Of a DNA stretch of 64,000 nt, positions 19,853-30,503 are shown one piece after another. The notes beneath the pieces were generated by a model. The model was not told where the DNA came from. It ran no database searches and was given only the letters and a program-made list of their open reading frames with translations. The stretch is from Nitrospirota bacterium (GTDB lineage: Bacteria > Nitrospirota > Nitrospiria > 2-01-FULL-66-17): assembly GCA_049325335.1 (NCBI GenBank), contig JBMOMC010000007.1, positions 64,001 through 128,000 on the forward strand. The letters run 5' to 3'. Numbering within the stretch: the first letter of the stretch is position 1; each line of letters opens with the position of its first letter. The position numbers and the translations under genes are program-made.

Positions 19853-21981
19853 GACCCGCGCCCCTCGCTCGAGGCTCCGGACGGAACGCCGCCCATGTAC
19901 GCCTCCGCGTACCGGCGGGCCGACGCGTACGCGGGCGTCTCGGGCGCGTCGCGAAGAAACGCGCCGTAGGCAAGCCGCGCGTCATCGGACTTGCCCTCCC
20001 GCTCGTACAGCCGACCCAAATTAAAGTGCGCTTGAAAAAACGACGGCGCGCGCGCCAGGAGATCCCGGTACGCGGCCTTGGCCTCGGGAAGATTCCCCCT
20101 CGCCAGCAAGACGTTGGCCCGGTTGTACCGCGCGTCGTGTAGGTCGGGATGAATCGTGAGCGCCTCATCGTAGGCCGCCAGCGCCTGCTCCGGACGGCCC
20201 GCGCGTTCGGCCAGAAACCCCAACCCCAACCAGGCTTGGGCCGACAACAACGACGGCCTCCCGCGCTCCTGCGCCAGCACGGCCTGGTACTGCTCCGCCG
20301 CCTCGCGCGAGCGGCCGATGTGTCCAAACGCCTCGGCAACCCGCAACCGGGCGTCGGGACGGTGCCGTCCGCGGTCAAGCGCTCCAACCGCCCGTTCAAG
20401 CGTATGGGCGGCCAGCGCGGGTTCGCCCAACGCCTCATAGGTTGAAGCCAATGCCGTGAGCAAATCACTGGCATCCGGTGCTAATGCGACGGCCCGTTCG
20501 AACATCACGCGAGCCGCAGCGTAGTCCGATCGGGCCACATACACCAACCCCGCATTGTGGTACGGCAACGCGTACTCCGGCGACAGTCGGATCGCCTCAC
20601 GATAGGCCTCCAGCGCGCGCGCGTCATCGCCCCGCACCGCGTACTCGACGCCCAAGTTCAGCCGAGCGACCGGATGGCCCGGGGACTTTTCCACGGTATC
20701 GCTCCACAGCCGCAGCGCGTCGGTCCACACCATGTTCCGCGTCCACGTGGCCGTCGCCAACACCGCGGTCACGACCAGTCCGCCGGTCACGATCGCGCGT
20801 CGAAGCCCGTGGCTCCGCCCCAGGCGATCGAATGCCGCGGCGGCACACCCGGCCGCGCCGGCCAACCCCATCCAGGCCAAGTAATCGCGATGTTCTTGAA
20901 ACCGGATATGGAATGGATACCCCATGATCGGCACTAACGCCGCGACGAACCACAGGAGGCAGAATGCCGCCGGTCGACGATCGTCGGATGACGTCCGCAG
21001 CCACCGCACGGCCGTTGCGCACATCGCGAGCAGTACGGCCAGTCCGAGTACCGCCGTCGGCCGCCACGGAACGGTCACGGTCGGCACGTGGTATAGAACA
21101 TTGAGATCGAACGGCCACGCAAACACCGTCACGTGCTTCGGGAACACGGCCAGTTGCGTCCACAGATTCTCCCAGACGCCCAACGCGTCGCTCGGCGCGC
21201 CGGCGATCACGTTCCAGATCGCGCGATGAGCATTGGTCGCGACCACGTACGCGGCGGCCAGCGTCGCGACGATCCCATACGGCGCGAGCCACGTTCTCCA
21301 CCCCAGCGCGCGCGACCACCCCGCGTCGTAACACAGCCAGATCAGCGGGACCACGACCGCGACCTCCTTGCTCCCAAGCCCGAGTCCTAGCGCGACGACG
21401 GCCGCCGCGCCGGCGGTCATGGCGGCGACGGGACGCGCCGACGACTGCGCCAGCCGCATGAGGATAAAGGCGCCCACGGACGCAGCGCCCCACAGCCCCA
21501 CCAGCAGGGACGATCGCGCCGCAAGGTAATTCACCGCCTCACTATTGGCCGGGGTCACGGCGAACAGCGCGCCGGCCGCGATCGCGGGCAGGGCCCGACG
21601 CGCGATCAACCATACCACGCCCATCAAGACCGCGACCGCGGTCCAGTGAAACAACACGTTCAACACGTGAAACCCGAACGGGTCAATTCCGCCGAGTCGG
21701 ACATTCCACGCATAGGTGAGGAACGTGATCGGACGATAGTGCCCGACCCCGATGGTCGCCGCCCGCGACCCAAACCACGACCAATCCACCTCGGCAGTCT
21801 GTAACTGGGGGTTCTCGACGATGGTGTGCCGATCATCGAATTGAAACGGTCCGTGCAACGAGTTCCCGTATAACGCGATGATCAGCGGCAAGAGGAGAAC
21901 CGCCGCGAACAGCACCCGGCGCCGCTCCGCTCGGTGTTCTGGTGATCCGTTGTCGGCGACCACGCCCTGGAACGGTGTCAT
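19849..21981 (-). CDS. TMTC-like GT-C protein O-glycosyltransferase with C-terminal TPRs (copy 8)
   Basis: FQFDDRHTIVENP, YRP, EAVNYLAARSS, SKE and QEHRDYL motifs, then TPRs. ATG at 21981 overlaps the upstream stop. Confidence 0.85.
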   Translation of the reverse strand: MTPFQGVVADNGSPEHRAERRRVLFAAVLLLPLIIALYGNSLHGPFQFDDRHTIVENPQLQTAEVDWSWFGSRAATIGVGHYRPITFLTYAWNVRLGGIDPFGFHVLNVLFHWTAVAVLMGVVWLIARRALPAIAAGALFAVTPANSEAVNYLAARSSLLVGLWGAASVGAFILMRLAQSSARPVAAMTAGAAAVVALGLGLGSKEVAVVVPLIWLCYDAGWSRALGWRTWLAPYGIVATLAAAYVVATNAHRAIWNVIAGAPSDALGVWENLWTQLAVFPKHVTVFAWPFDLNVLYHVPTVTVPWRPTAVLGLAVLLAMCATAVRWLRTSSDDRRPAAFCLLWFVAALVPIMGYPFHIRFQEHRDYLAWMGLAGAAGCAAAAFDRLGRSHGLRRAIVTGGLVVTAVLATATWTRNMVWTDALRLWSDTVEKSPGHPVARLNLGVEYAVRGDDARALEAYREAIRLSPEYALPYHNAGLVYVARSDYAAARVMFERAVALAPDASDLLTALASTYEALGEPALAAHTLERAVGALDRGRHRPDARLRVAEAFGHIGRSREAAEQYQAVLAQERGRPSLLSAQAWLGLGFLAERAGRPEQALAAYDEALTIHPDLHDARYNRANVLLARGNLPEAKAAYRDLLARAPSFFQAHFNLGRLYEREGKSDDARLAYGAFLRDAPETPAYASARRYAEAYMGGVPSGASSEGRGS

Positions 21982-24110
21982 GTGCCCCCCAATCGCGCCA
22001 AGCCCGACTCCGCGAGGCGCCGAAACTCGTCCCCCTCGGCACGGGACCCGACAATCCGACGCACCGCGCGGTAATGCCACACCGCGCGCGCGCGGTCGCC
22101 CTGCCGCTCGGACCCGATCGCCAAGTTGAGGTGACTGAGCCCGTGATTCGGATCGCGGGCGATCGCGCGCTCGTACGCGGCGGCGGCCGCGTCCCAGGTC
22201 CCGCGCCGGGCCAAGATCATCCCGATACGGAATTCCGGGTCGGGGTCTTCCGGGGCGAGCGCCGCGGCCCGCCCAAACGCGTCCAGCGCCTCGTTCTCCC
22301 GTCCCAACCGCTCACGGGCCGTCCCCAGGTTGAACCAACTCGCCCCGGAATTCGGGTGCCCGCTCGCCAAGGTCGCAAACACCGTTTCCGCCTCTTCCCA
22401 TCGTTCCAGCTTCAAGCACACCGCGCCCAACGCCTCCCGGGCGGTGTCATCCGACGGATCAAGCGCGACCACCGCTCGGTACCGCTCCGCCGCCTCCGCG
22501 AGCCGCCCCGCACGCTCCAAGATCACGGCGGACCGGCCCAATGCCGGGGCATGTCTTGGGTAGTCCCGAACCAACTGTCCATACACGTCCAACGCCTGGT
22601 CGGACCGGCCCACGGCTTCGTAGGCCTTGCCGAGATTCATCCGCGCGTGGGAGTCCGACGGCGCCAGGCGAAGGGCAATGGTGAACTCTGCAAGCGCACG
22701 GTCGTACCGCCCCATCCGGCCGTACAACGCACCAAGGAGGCTGTGCGTGCGCACGCGGGACGGGTCAACGGCAAGGGATCGCTCGAGCGCGCTGCGCGCG
22801 GCCTCAAGGTCACCGGTTTCCGCCAGCCAAATCGCCCTAGCATTATGACCGAGCGCACTGTTCGGATATTTCGCGAGGGAGTCATTCCAGACCTGTTCCC
22901 CATCGCGCCAGACTGCGGTGCGGGCGATATCAACCCACACCGCGGCGACAGCCAGCGTGACGGCGGCCGCGATTCCCGCGGCCTGTGCGACCCGAACGCG
23001 CCCCATGGACCTCCAGGCGCTCGCGGCCGCGCCTCCGACCGCCCACGCAAGCGCCACGCCGCCCAAGTAACTCCGGTGCTCCTGATACAGCACCAGATGG
23101 GTCACCAGCGGCAGGGTCAGAACCGGGAGGAGCCCAACCCAGAACCACACCAGGCACCACCCGATGCGTCGATTGGTCCGCACCGCGGCGTACGTAAGCC
23201 CCAGTGCCGCGACGAACACCAGCGTCCACCATGCACTCTCGCCAGCGGACAGCACCTTTGGCCAGGCGTAGTCAATGGCGAGTCCTGTCGGCCAGAACCA
23301 GTGCCCGAGCGAAAACGTCGCGAGTTTTGCGACCAATCCAATGGCGTGAAGCGGATCGTTGACAACAGGGACGGCCGTCACGCCGCCCAACAACGCCGCG
23401 CGCACCACCAACAACCCGGCAACCGCCGCCCAAAACACCACGGACCGGGCTAAGGTCCCCCGCCACGAGTATTCGCGCGATACCGCGCGCGCGCGATCCC
23501 AAATCATGATCAATACGGGGAGTACCGCCGCCGCTTCTTTCGTGCCCAAAGCGCCCAGCGCGGCAACAACGGCGCCGCCCAGTACGGCCCGCCTTCGCCA
23601 CGGAGCGAGCGAGGAAGCGCCCACCATCGCCTCGTCGTAGCACCAGACAGCCGCCAGCACCCACAGGGTCATCAACGAGGATGACCGCGCCGCAATATAA
23701 TTCACGGCCTCCGCGTTCAACGGATGCAACGCCACCACCAGCGCGGCGATGAGCGCGGCGACCGAATCGCCCCAGAGTCGTTTGGCGAGCAGCCACGCCA
23801 ACACCACCACCGCGCCGTGAACCGCCAGATTCCCGAGATGGTATCCCCGTGCGCCATCACCCCAGACCGCGCGATCCAGCGCGTAGCCGGCCATCAACAC
23901 CGGCCGATAGCCGCGGCTTTCCACCTCGCCGCTCACCCCTTCTCCCGACAAAAACCACTGCGACGAGCCACCGAACGACTCCAGGGACCGGTTGTTGACC
24001 ACGGTATGGAAATCATCCAGCACGAATCCGTTGTGGACCACCCCGCGGTACGCGAACGTCATGACGCCCAGGATCAGCGCGAGCACCGCCCAATCTCGGC
24101 GGAGAATCAC
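21978..24110 (-). CDS. TMTC-like GT-C/TPR protein (copy 7)
   Basis: FVLDDFHTVVNN, YRP, HPLNAEAVNYIAARSS, TKE, GLAIDYAWP and YQEHRSYL motifs, then TPRs. Confidence 0.85.
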   Translation of the reverse strand: MILRRDWAVLALILGVMTFAYRGVVHNGFVLDDFHTVVNNRSLESFGGSSQWFLSGEGVSGEVESRGYRPVLMAGYALDRAVWGDGARGYHLGNLAVHGAVVVLAWLLAKRLWGDSVAALIAALVVALHPLNAEAVNYIAARSSSLMTLWVLAAVWCYDEAMVGASSLAPWRRRAVLGGAVVAALGALGTKEAAAVLPVLIMIWDRARAVSREYSWRGTLARSVVFWAAVAGLLVVRAALLGGVTAVPVVNDPLHAIGLVAKLATFSLGHWFWPTGLAIDYAWPKVLSAGESAWWTLVFVAALGLTYAAVRTNRRIGWCLVWFWVGLLPVLTLPLVTHLVLYQEHRSYLGGVALAWAVGGAAASAWRSMGRVRVAQAAGIAAAVTLAVAAVWVDIARTAVWRDGEQVWNDSLAKYPNSALGHNARAIWLAETGDLEAARSALERSLAVDPSRVRTHSLLGALYGRMGRYDRALAEFTIALRLAPSDSHARMNLGKAYEAVGRSDQALDVYGQLVRDYPRHAPALGRSAVILERAGRLAEAAERYRAVVALDPSDDTAREALGAVCLKLERWEEAETVFATLASGHPNSGASWFNLGTARERLGRENEALDAFGRAAALAPEDPDPEFRIGMILARRGTWDAAAAAYERAIARDPNHGLSHLNLAIGSERQGDRARAVWHYRAVRRIVGSRAEGDEFRRLAESGLARLGGT

Positions 24111-25972
24111 CGCACCACCTGATGCGAGGAGCCGTCCGCCTCGCGGGCATTTGCGATTTCAAGAAACGCCCGGGCCTCCTCGGAGTCCGGCCGCCGCGCC
24201 GCCACGGCGGCCAGGACGGCGCGCGCGTCCACCCAACGCTCCTGTTTCAGCAACAGGGCGCCCAGACGAATCTGGGCGTCATCGTACACGGGATCGTCCG
24301 GCGCCACGCGCCGCAGACGCTCGATCGCCTCGTCGGTTCGACCCCGCGCGTCCAAAATCGATGCGGTAAGGAGTACCGCCGGAGTCGCCCACGGGTCGTC
24401 TTCGATCGCGCGTTCGTATTCCTCCAGCGCCTGATCGATCAGCCCCAAGTCCTCGTACGTCGCCCCCAGGCGGATGCGGGCTTCCGCGTACCGCGAGCGA
24501 TACTCCAGGGCGGTACGATAGGCGGTCACCGCGCGCAGGGATTCCCCGCGCGTCGCATAGATCCGTCCCAACATCATGTGCGCATAGGAATGCATGGGGG
24601 CAGACCGCAACACGAACAAGAATTCGCGTTCCGCCTCCTCCCATCGCCCCTCGTTGACCAACCAGGTTCCGCGTCCCGCGTGCGCCATGGCGCTGTCCGG
24701 ATACCGAGCCAACACATCGTCCCACAACCGAATCCGATCCCCCCACACCCACGTGCGCTCCCCGTCGCTCCAGACCGCGAGGGCAACCATCGCCGCCACC
24801 ACGGTCGCGGTGACGGCCCGACGCACGGCGTGCGTTCCAACCCATCTCATCACGCGCCGCGCAACACCTCCGACCAACCATGCCGCGCCGATTTCCGCCA
24901 AATACACCCGATGCTCTTGGTACAGCGCGACCCGGGTGATCATGGGCAACGCCAGGGTCGGCAACAGCGCCGCGAGGAACCAGCCGCCGCACCAGGTCGC
25001 CGGACGGTCCCCGCGGGTCAGCCCCCAGAACCCGCCGGCCAGCAACGCCACCCCCGCGACGGCGGCGAGCGCCGCGCCGCCGGAAAGAACCGTCGGCCAA
25101 GCGTAATCGGCCGCAAGGCCCACGGGCCACAGCGAGTGCATCGCGGCCGTAAGGACGATCTTCGCCGCAAACGCGCCTCCCTGGAGAATCGACGTCGCCG
25201 ACGCCATCGGTTCGGACGCGCCGTCGGCCAGCACCGCCGCGCGGAGAGCCAACCAGATCCCGAGGAGTCCCCAGAACGGCGACGACCGTTTCACGCTCTC
25301 GTGCCACGGCGAGGCGTCCCCGAACCGCGCGCGATCCCAGCAGATGACCAACACCGGGAGGACCGCGGCCGACTCCTTCGCGCCCAACGCGCACGCGCCG
25401 GCGCCGAGCGCTCCCGCCAACCATCCGCGCGCAGATCCCGTTCCCCCGCGACCCGTGCGCGCCTCGGCCCACCGGTCGTAACACAGCACCGCGACCAAGA
25501 CGCCCGCGGCGGCTAACGTCGAGGATCGCGCGCTGATATAGTTGACGGCCTGCGCGTTCATCGGATGCACCGCCATCCACGTCGCCGCGGCCAGCGCCGA
25601 AACGCCGGTTCGCCACAGTCGCGCCGCGAGGACATACACCAGCGCCACCACGAGAAGATGGACGGCGACATTCGTGGCGTGAAACCCGGCCGCACGCTCT
25701 CCCCACATCGCATGATCGGCCGCATAGCTCGCGACCGTCACCGGCCGAAAATTCGCCCCGCTTCGGTACCCGACGACCGCATACGGCGACGCAATCCATT
25801 CCGCAATACGCGCAAAGGATCGCACCGCGGGATTGCCCGTCACGGTGACGACGTCATCGTACACAAATCCTCCGGACAACGCGCCGCGGTAAGCGGCCGT
25901 CGTCCCCAGCAGGAGGAGCGCCAACGCAAACCACGACGCCGGACGCCCCGGACCGACCCACCGCGTAATCAT
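24107..25972 (-). CDS. TMTC-like GT-C/TPR protein (copy 6)
   Basis: FVYDDVVTVTGNP, FRP, HPMNAQAVNYISARSS, AKE, GLAADYAWP and YQEHRVYL motifs. ATG at 25972. Confidence 0.85.
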   Translation of the reverse strand: MITRWVGPGRPASWFALALLLLGTTAAYRGALSGGFVYDDVVTVTGNPAVRSFARIAEWIASPYAVVGYRSGANFRPVTVASYAADHAMWGERAAGFHATNVAVHLLVVALVYVLAARLWRTGVSALAAATWMAVHPMNAQAVNYISARSSTLAAAGVLVAVLCYDRWAEARTGRGGTGSARGWLAGALGAGACALGAKESAAVLPVLVICWDRARFGDASPWHESVKRSSPFWGLLGIWLALRAAVLADGASEPMASATSILQGGAFAAKIVLTAAMHSLWPVGLAADYAWPTVLSGGAALAAVAGVALLAGGFWGLTRGDRPATWCGGWFLAALLPTLALPMITRVALYQEHRVYLAEIGAAWLVGGVARRVMRWVGTHAVRRAVTATVVAAMVALAVWSDGERTWVWGDRIRLWDDVLARYPDSAMAHAGRGTWLVNEGRWEEAEREFLFVLRSAPMHSYAHMMLGRIYATRGESLRAVTAYRTALEYRSRYAEARIRLGATYEDLGLIDQALEEYERAIEDDPWATPAVLLTASILDARGRTDEAIERLRRVAPDDPVYDDAQIRLGALLLKQERWVDARAVLAAVAARRPDSEEARAFLEIANAREADGSSHQVVR

Positions 25973-28131
25973 GACGCGTCGCGTCCTCCGCCCCCCGCCC
26001 CGGATCTCCGGCGACCTTCCAGTCGATTGATCGCGGCTCGCGCAGCGTCCCGCAACGTCGGGCCCGCCGCGTCGGACACCGGCGCTCGGAGCACGATCCG
26101 ATAGTGGGCCAACGCGGACTCGGTTTGCCCAAGACGTTCGCCGGCGCCGGCCGCGACAAAGTGCGCGACCGCGTGAGCGGGGGCAAGCGCGAGCACGCCG
26201 TTGGACCACTCGGCGGCCTCCGCCCACCGCCCCAGACGCGCGGCGAGCAACGCCAGTTCGAGCCGCGCGTCGACGTCCGCCGGATCGGCCAGCGCCGCCT
26301 CCCGGAAGAACGGCTCCGCTAAATCATCCCGTCCCTCGCGCGCGTGCGTCACCCCGATGTAGTATCGTGCCGCAGCCGAATCAGGGTGTCGGGCCAACAC
26401 CGCGGTGAATAATGCGCGGGCGTCACCCCATTGCGCCGTGTCCAACAACGCCGCGCCCAGGGCAACCCGCGCTTCATCGTCATTGGGGTCGATGTGCAAG
26501 GCTCGGCGATACCGTGCCATGGCGTCGTCCCGCCGCCCCTGACGATCCAACAGCGCGCCGGAGCGAACCCACGCGGTGCTCCACTCCGGATCGGACCGCA
26601 ACACGCGCTCATACAACGCCAGCGCAGCGTCAGCGCGCCCGAGATGCGTGTATGACTCGGCAAGGTGGAGTTGGACGAACGACGAGGAGGGGTGAAGCCT
26701 CAACGCGAGTTCAAACGACGCGACGGCTCGCTCCCAGTCGCCCAGGCGGGTGAACAACACCCCCAAGTTGCTGTGCGCCGTGGAAAGGCCCGGCGCCAGA
26801 CGCACAGCCGATTCCAACGCCCGCTGCGCCTCGTCCAATCGTCCCGCATCCATGAGCAACATGCCTTTGGCGTTGTAGGCCATCGCGCTGTCGGGATATT
26901 TGGTCAGCACGTCGTCCCATAACCTGGAGGCGTCGCCCCACACCGCGGTTCGGCCGACGGTCGCCCAGACTGCGCTCGCAACCAGGACCCCCATCGCGCC
27001 ATACCGCACAACGCGCCAGCCCATCGCCACCCCCGGTCCGCGCATCACCCGCGCCAGCCCCCACCCCGCGCACCAGGCCAATCCAATACCCGCCAAATAG
27101 ACGCGATGGTCCTGATACAGCATCAGCCGGGTCACGAACGGAAGCGCCCACATCGGCAGCAACGCGATCCAGCACCACGCCGCGCACCACCCCAATCGTC
27201 GGTCACGCCGCGCGACGGCGAACGTGACGAGTCCCGCCGCCGCCGCGCCCGCGATCAGCAGCCCCGCTTCCCATCCGCGAACCGTGACGGGCCACGCGTG
27301 ATCCACCGCGAGCCCCGCCGGCCACACCCAGTGCCCCACCGACGCCAAGGAGATCTTGAGCGCCAGCACCGCCCCCTGCCACCCTGCCGCACCGGCGCCC
27401 GCCGTGCTCATCGCATGGCCGCCGTCCAACACCCAGCTTCGCAGCGCGAGAAACGCGCCCCCCAGCGCCCACCACGCCCATGATCGCCGCATTGTCGTCG
27501 CCAAGGGCGCGGTTCCGTCGGTCCGCGCGCGGTCCCAGGCGATGATCAGCGCGGGCAACACGATCGCCGCCTCTTTGGCTCCCAACGCCGACAGCCCGAA
27601 CGTCATGGCGACCGCCGTCCATCCCCAGTGGCGACTCGCCGACGCACGGTCCCACGCCCACACCGCGGCAAGGATGGCGAGCGTCATCAGCGACGAGGAC
27701 CGCGCCGAAATATAGTTGACGGCCTCCGCGTTCAGCGGGTGGAGGGCCAGCACGGCTGCGGCGCCCACCGCCGCCCAATCGTCGTTCCACAGTCTGCGCG
27801 CCAGCACGAACGTGAGCGCCACCACGCCGAGATGGATGAGCAGGTTGGTCGCGTGGAAACCCGCCGGCCCCTCGCCCCAGACCGCGTGGTCCAGCGCGTA
27901 ACTGGCGACCGTGACCGGACGATAATTCTGGATGCCCCGCTGACCGCTGACCGCATACGGCGAGGTGAACCACGTCCCGATATGACGCAGCGAGGACACG
28001 GCCGGGTTATCGCGCACGGCGTGTATGTCGTCGACCACGAACCCGTTGGCCACCACACCGCGGTAGGCGAAGATCGTGACCGCCATGACCAAACCCAGCG
28101 CGAACCACGCGGCGCGTGGTCGTGTCGTCAC
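25969..28131 (-). CDS. TMTC-like GT-C/TPR protein (copy 5)
   Basis: FVVDDIHAVRDNP, YRP, HPLNAEAVNYISARSS, AKE, GLAVDHAWP and YQDHRVYL motifs. GTG at 28131. Confidence 0.85.
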   Translation of the reverse strand: MTTRPRAAWFALGLVMAVTIFAYRGVVANGFVVDDIHAVRDNPAVSSLRHIGTWFTSPYAVSGQRGIQNYRPVTVASYALDHAVWGEGPAGFHATNLLIHLGVVALTFVLARRLWNDDWAAVGAAAVLALHPLNAEAVNYISARSSSLMTLAILAAVWAWDRASASRHWGWTAVAMTFGLSALGAKEAAIVLPALIIAWDRARTDGTAPLATTMRRSWAWWALGGAFLALRSWVLDGGHAMSTAGAGAAGWQGAVLALKISLASVGHWVWPAGLAVDHAWPVTVRGWEAGLLIAGAAAAGLVTFAVARRDRRLGWCAAWCWIALLPMWALPFVTRLMLYQDHRVYLAGIGLAWCAGWGLARVMRGPGVAMGWRVVRYGAMGVLVASAVWATVGRTAVWGDASRLWDDVLTKYPDSAMAYNAKGMLLMDAGRLDEAQRALESAVRLAPGLSTAHSNLGVLFTRLGDWERAVASFELALRLHPSSSFVQLHLAESYTHLGRADAALALYERVLRSDPEWSTAWVRSGALLDRQGRRDDAMARYRRALHIDPNDDEARVALGAALLDTAQWGDARALFTAVLARHPDSAAARYYIGVTHAREGRDDLAEPFFREAALADPADVDARLELALLAARLGRWAEAAEWSNGVLALAPAHAVAHFVAAGAGERLGQTESALAHYRIVLRAPVSDAAGPTLRDAARAAINRLEGRRRSGAGGGGRDAS

Positions 28132-30503
28132 CGCCCCTCTCCCCGTAACCACGCGATCCCGTCGCTGCGGCCGCGGTACAGAATCCGGGCGAACGCCCTG
28201 GGACCGGAGAATTCCACCGTGGCGTTGTCATCGCGATTGGGTGCGGCGCCCGTGAGCAGGCCGGTGATGGTGCCGGTGTGGCCGACCAGCATCGCGTAGG
28301 CGTCGGCGGGTGCGCGCACCTCTACCCGGGACAAATCCGCCGCGATCCCCGCGTCCAGAAACGCCGCGCGGACGCGGGCCTCATCCAACGCCAACCGCGA
28401 GGCCGACCCGATCACGAATAAATCGCCCGGCGTCGGCTCCACCGCCACGAACGACGGAAACGCGCGCGCAAACGCGGCCAGCACCGATCGGAGCTCTTCT
28501 TGGCCCACCGCATCCGCCGCGATCCACTGGCCGAACACCCCGCCCGGCGTGAGCCGGGTCGCGGCGATCGCAAAAAATTCTTCGGTGAACAGCGTGGCGG
28601 CGCCCGCCACCCACGGAAGGGACGGCTGGGAGATGATCACGTCGTACCGATCCGGGGAGAGCAACAGGAAATTGCGGCCGTCTTCCGGCCACACGCGCAC
28701 GCGGGGATCCGCCAGGGGCCGGCCGTTCTCGGGTTCGAATCGCCGTGACGCCTCGATCACCGCGCGTTCCAGTTCCACCACGTCCACCCGCTCCACGGGA
28801 TAGTGAAGCACGGACCCCGCGGTCGCACCGCTGCCCAGGCCGATCACCAACACCCGGGCCGACGACGGCGCGAACCAAAACGGCCAGTGGCCGATCGAGA
28901 CCTGGGTCCGCATAAACGGGTCGCCGGACTCGGTGCGGCCGTTGATCGTGAGCAACCGCCCATCCGCCTCGGTTCGGGTCACCACCACCGTGGCGGTTAA
29001 TCCCTCGCGTTCAAACACGGTTTCGCCCTGCCGCAGTCGGGCCTTGACCCCCTCCACCCCCTCGCGCTCCGCCGCCGCGAGATATCGTGGAAGGTTCCAG
29101 TACACCCCGGAAGACATCAAGGTCGTACTCCACGGAGGAATTGTCGCGGCCACCAGCACGGCGGCCACGGCGGCCGCGACCAGCCCGCGCCACGCCGTCC
29201 CCCGCGCGAGTGACCCGTCGCCTAACACCAGCCACGCGCCCACCACGGCGCATGCGGACGCCGCGACTAGGAGGCCGCCCGGCACGCCCACCAGCGGCAC
29301 CAGGACAAACCCGGCCGCTACCGCCCCGCTGATGGCCCCCGCGGTGTTGACCGCGTACAACCGTCCGACCTCCGCGCCCACGGCACGCGGATCCCGAGCG
29401 GCCAACGCGACGGCCACCGGGAACACCACGCCGAACCCGAACGCCGGGGCGAACATCACCACGAACGCCAACGCAAATTGCACCACCGGAATGACCGCGG
29501 TGCCCAATCCGCGCAAAGACCCCACGGCCGCGATCAACGCCATCGGGAGCCTGCCGATCAACGCCAGGGTCGCCAACGACGCCACGGCCACGGCCAGTTC
29601 AACCGCGCCCAATGTCGCGAGGCGCGGCACGCTCCGACGCACCAGCCACGCCCCGTACGCCGCGCCAGCCGCCAATCCGGAGAGAAACGTGGTCAACATG
29701 GCGGAGAACGCGTACACAGAGGACCCGAGCACCAGACTCAAGGCCCGTGACCACACCACCTCATTAATCAGCGCCGCGGCCCCCGATACCCCGAGCGTCA
29801 CCAGCACGCGACGGCGAACACCGAGCTCAACCGCCCATGATTCCGCGTCATCGACCACCGCGGCCGCCGCGATCGGTTCCCCTCTCGCCTCGCCTCGCGC
29901 CAACACCCACGCTGTCAGCGCCGCGACCAGATTCCCAGCGGCCGCAATCCAAATGGTTCTGGTCACTCCGATCGCGGGCAACAACACGAACCCGGTGCCC
30001 ACCGCGCCCGCAATGGCCCCGGCGGTATTCACCGCGTACAACACGGACACGCGCCGCGCGATCGTCCCCGTCCCGCTCGCCACCGCGCGGCTGACCACCG
30101 GCAGCGTCGCGCCCATCAACACGGTCGGCACCGCAAGGATCGCCGCCACCAGCGCGACCCGAGCCCCCATGACCACCAGCGACGAGTTCGCCGCATGGCG
30201 CCACACGGCCTGATACACGGGGACCACCGCATCCAAGAGGCTCGGGATCGCAAGCGCGTACGCGGCCACCGCGACTTCGATCATGGCATAGACCAGGAGC
30301 GGCCGGCGGGCACGATCCACCAACCGCCCTCCCAGCGCGCTACCAACCGCCAGCCCCCCCATGAACACGGCCAACACCGTGGTGACGGCCAACGTGGTGG
30401 ACCCGAACACCAACACCAGGAGCCGACCCCACACGACCTGATAAATCAGTCCCGACGCGCCCGAGAGCACGAACACCAGGCTCAGCCACGCAAAACGCGT
30501 CAT
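28128..30503 (-). CDS. Fused multi-TM / spermidine-synthase-like SAM-dependent transferase
   Basis: LSGASGLIYQVVWGR and two LYAVNTAGA repeats in the membrane part. C-terminal VLVIGLGSG, VELE, EDGRNFL and YDVIISQPSLPW. Confidence 0.85.
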   Translation of the reverse strand: MTRFAWLSLVFVLSGASGLIYQVVWGRLLVLVFGSTTLAVTTVLAVFMGGLAVGSALGGRLVDRARRPLLVYAMIEVAVAAYALAIPSLLDAVVPVYQAVWRHAANSSLVVMGARVALVAAILAVPTVLMGATLPVVSRAVASGTGTIARRVSVLYAVNTAGAIAGAVGTGFVLLPAIGVTRTIWIAAAGNLVAALTAWVLARGEARGEPIAAAAVVDDAESWAVELGVRRRVLVTLGVSGAAALINEVVWSRALSLVLGSSVYAFSAMLTTFLSGLAAGAAYGAWLVRRSVPRLATLGAVELAVAVASLATLALIGRLPMALIAAVGSLRGLGTAVIPVVQFALAFVVMFAPAFGFGVVFPVAVALAARDPRAVGAEVGRLYAVNTAGAISGAVAAGFVLVPLVGVPGGLLVAASACAVVGAWLVLGDGSLARGTAWRGLVAAAVAAVLVAATIPPWSTTLMSSGVYWNLPRYLAAAEREGVEGVKARLRQGETVFEREGLTATVVVTRTEADGRLLTINGRTESGDPFMRTQVSIGHWPFWFAPSSARVLVIGLGSGATAGSVLHYPVERVDVVELERAVIEASRRFEPENGRPLADPRVRVWPEDGRNFLLLSPDRYDVIISQPSLPWVAGAATLFTEEFFAIAATRLTPGGVFGQWIAADAVGQEELRSVLAAFARAFPSFVAVEPTPGDLFVIGSASRLALDEARVRAAFLDAGIAADLSRVEVRAPADAYAMLVGHTGTITGLLTGAAPNRDDNATVEFSGPRAFARILYRGRSDGIAWLRGEGR

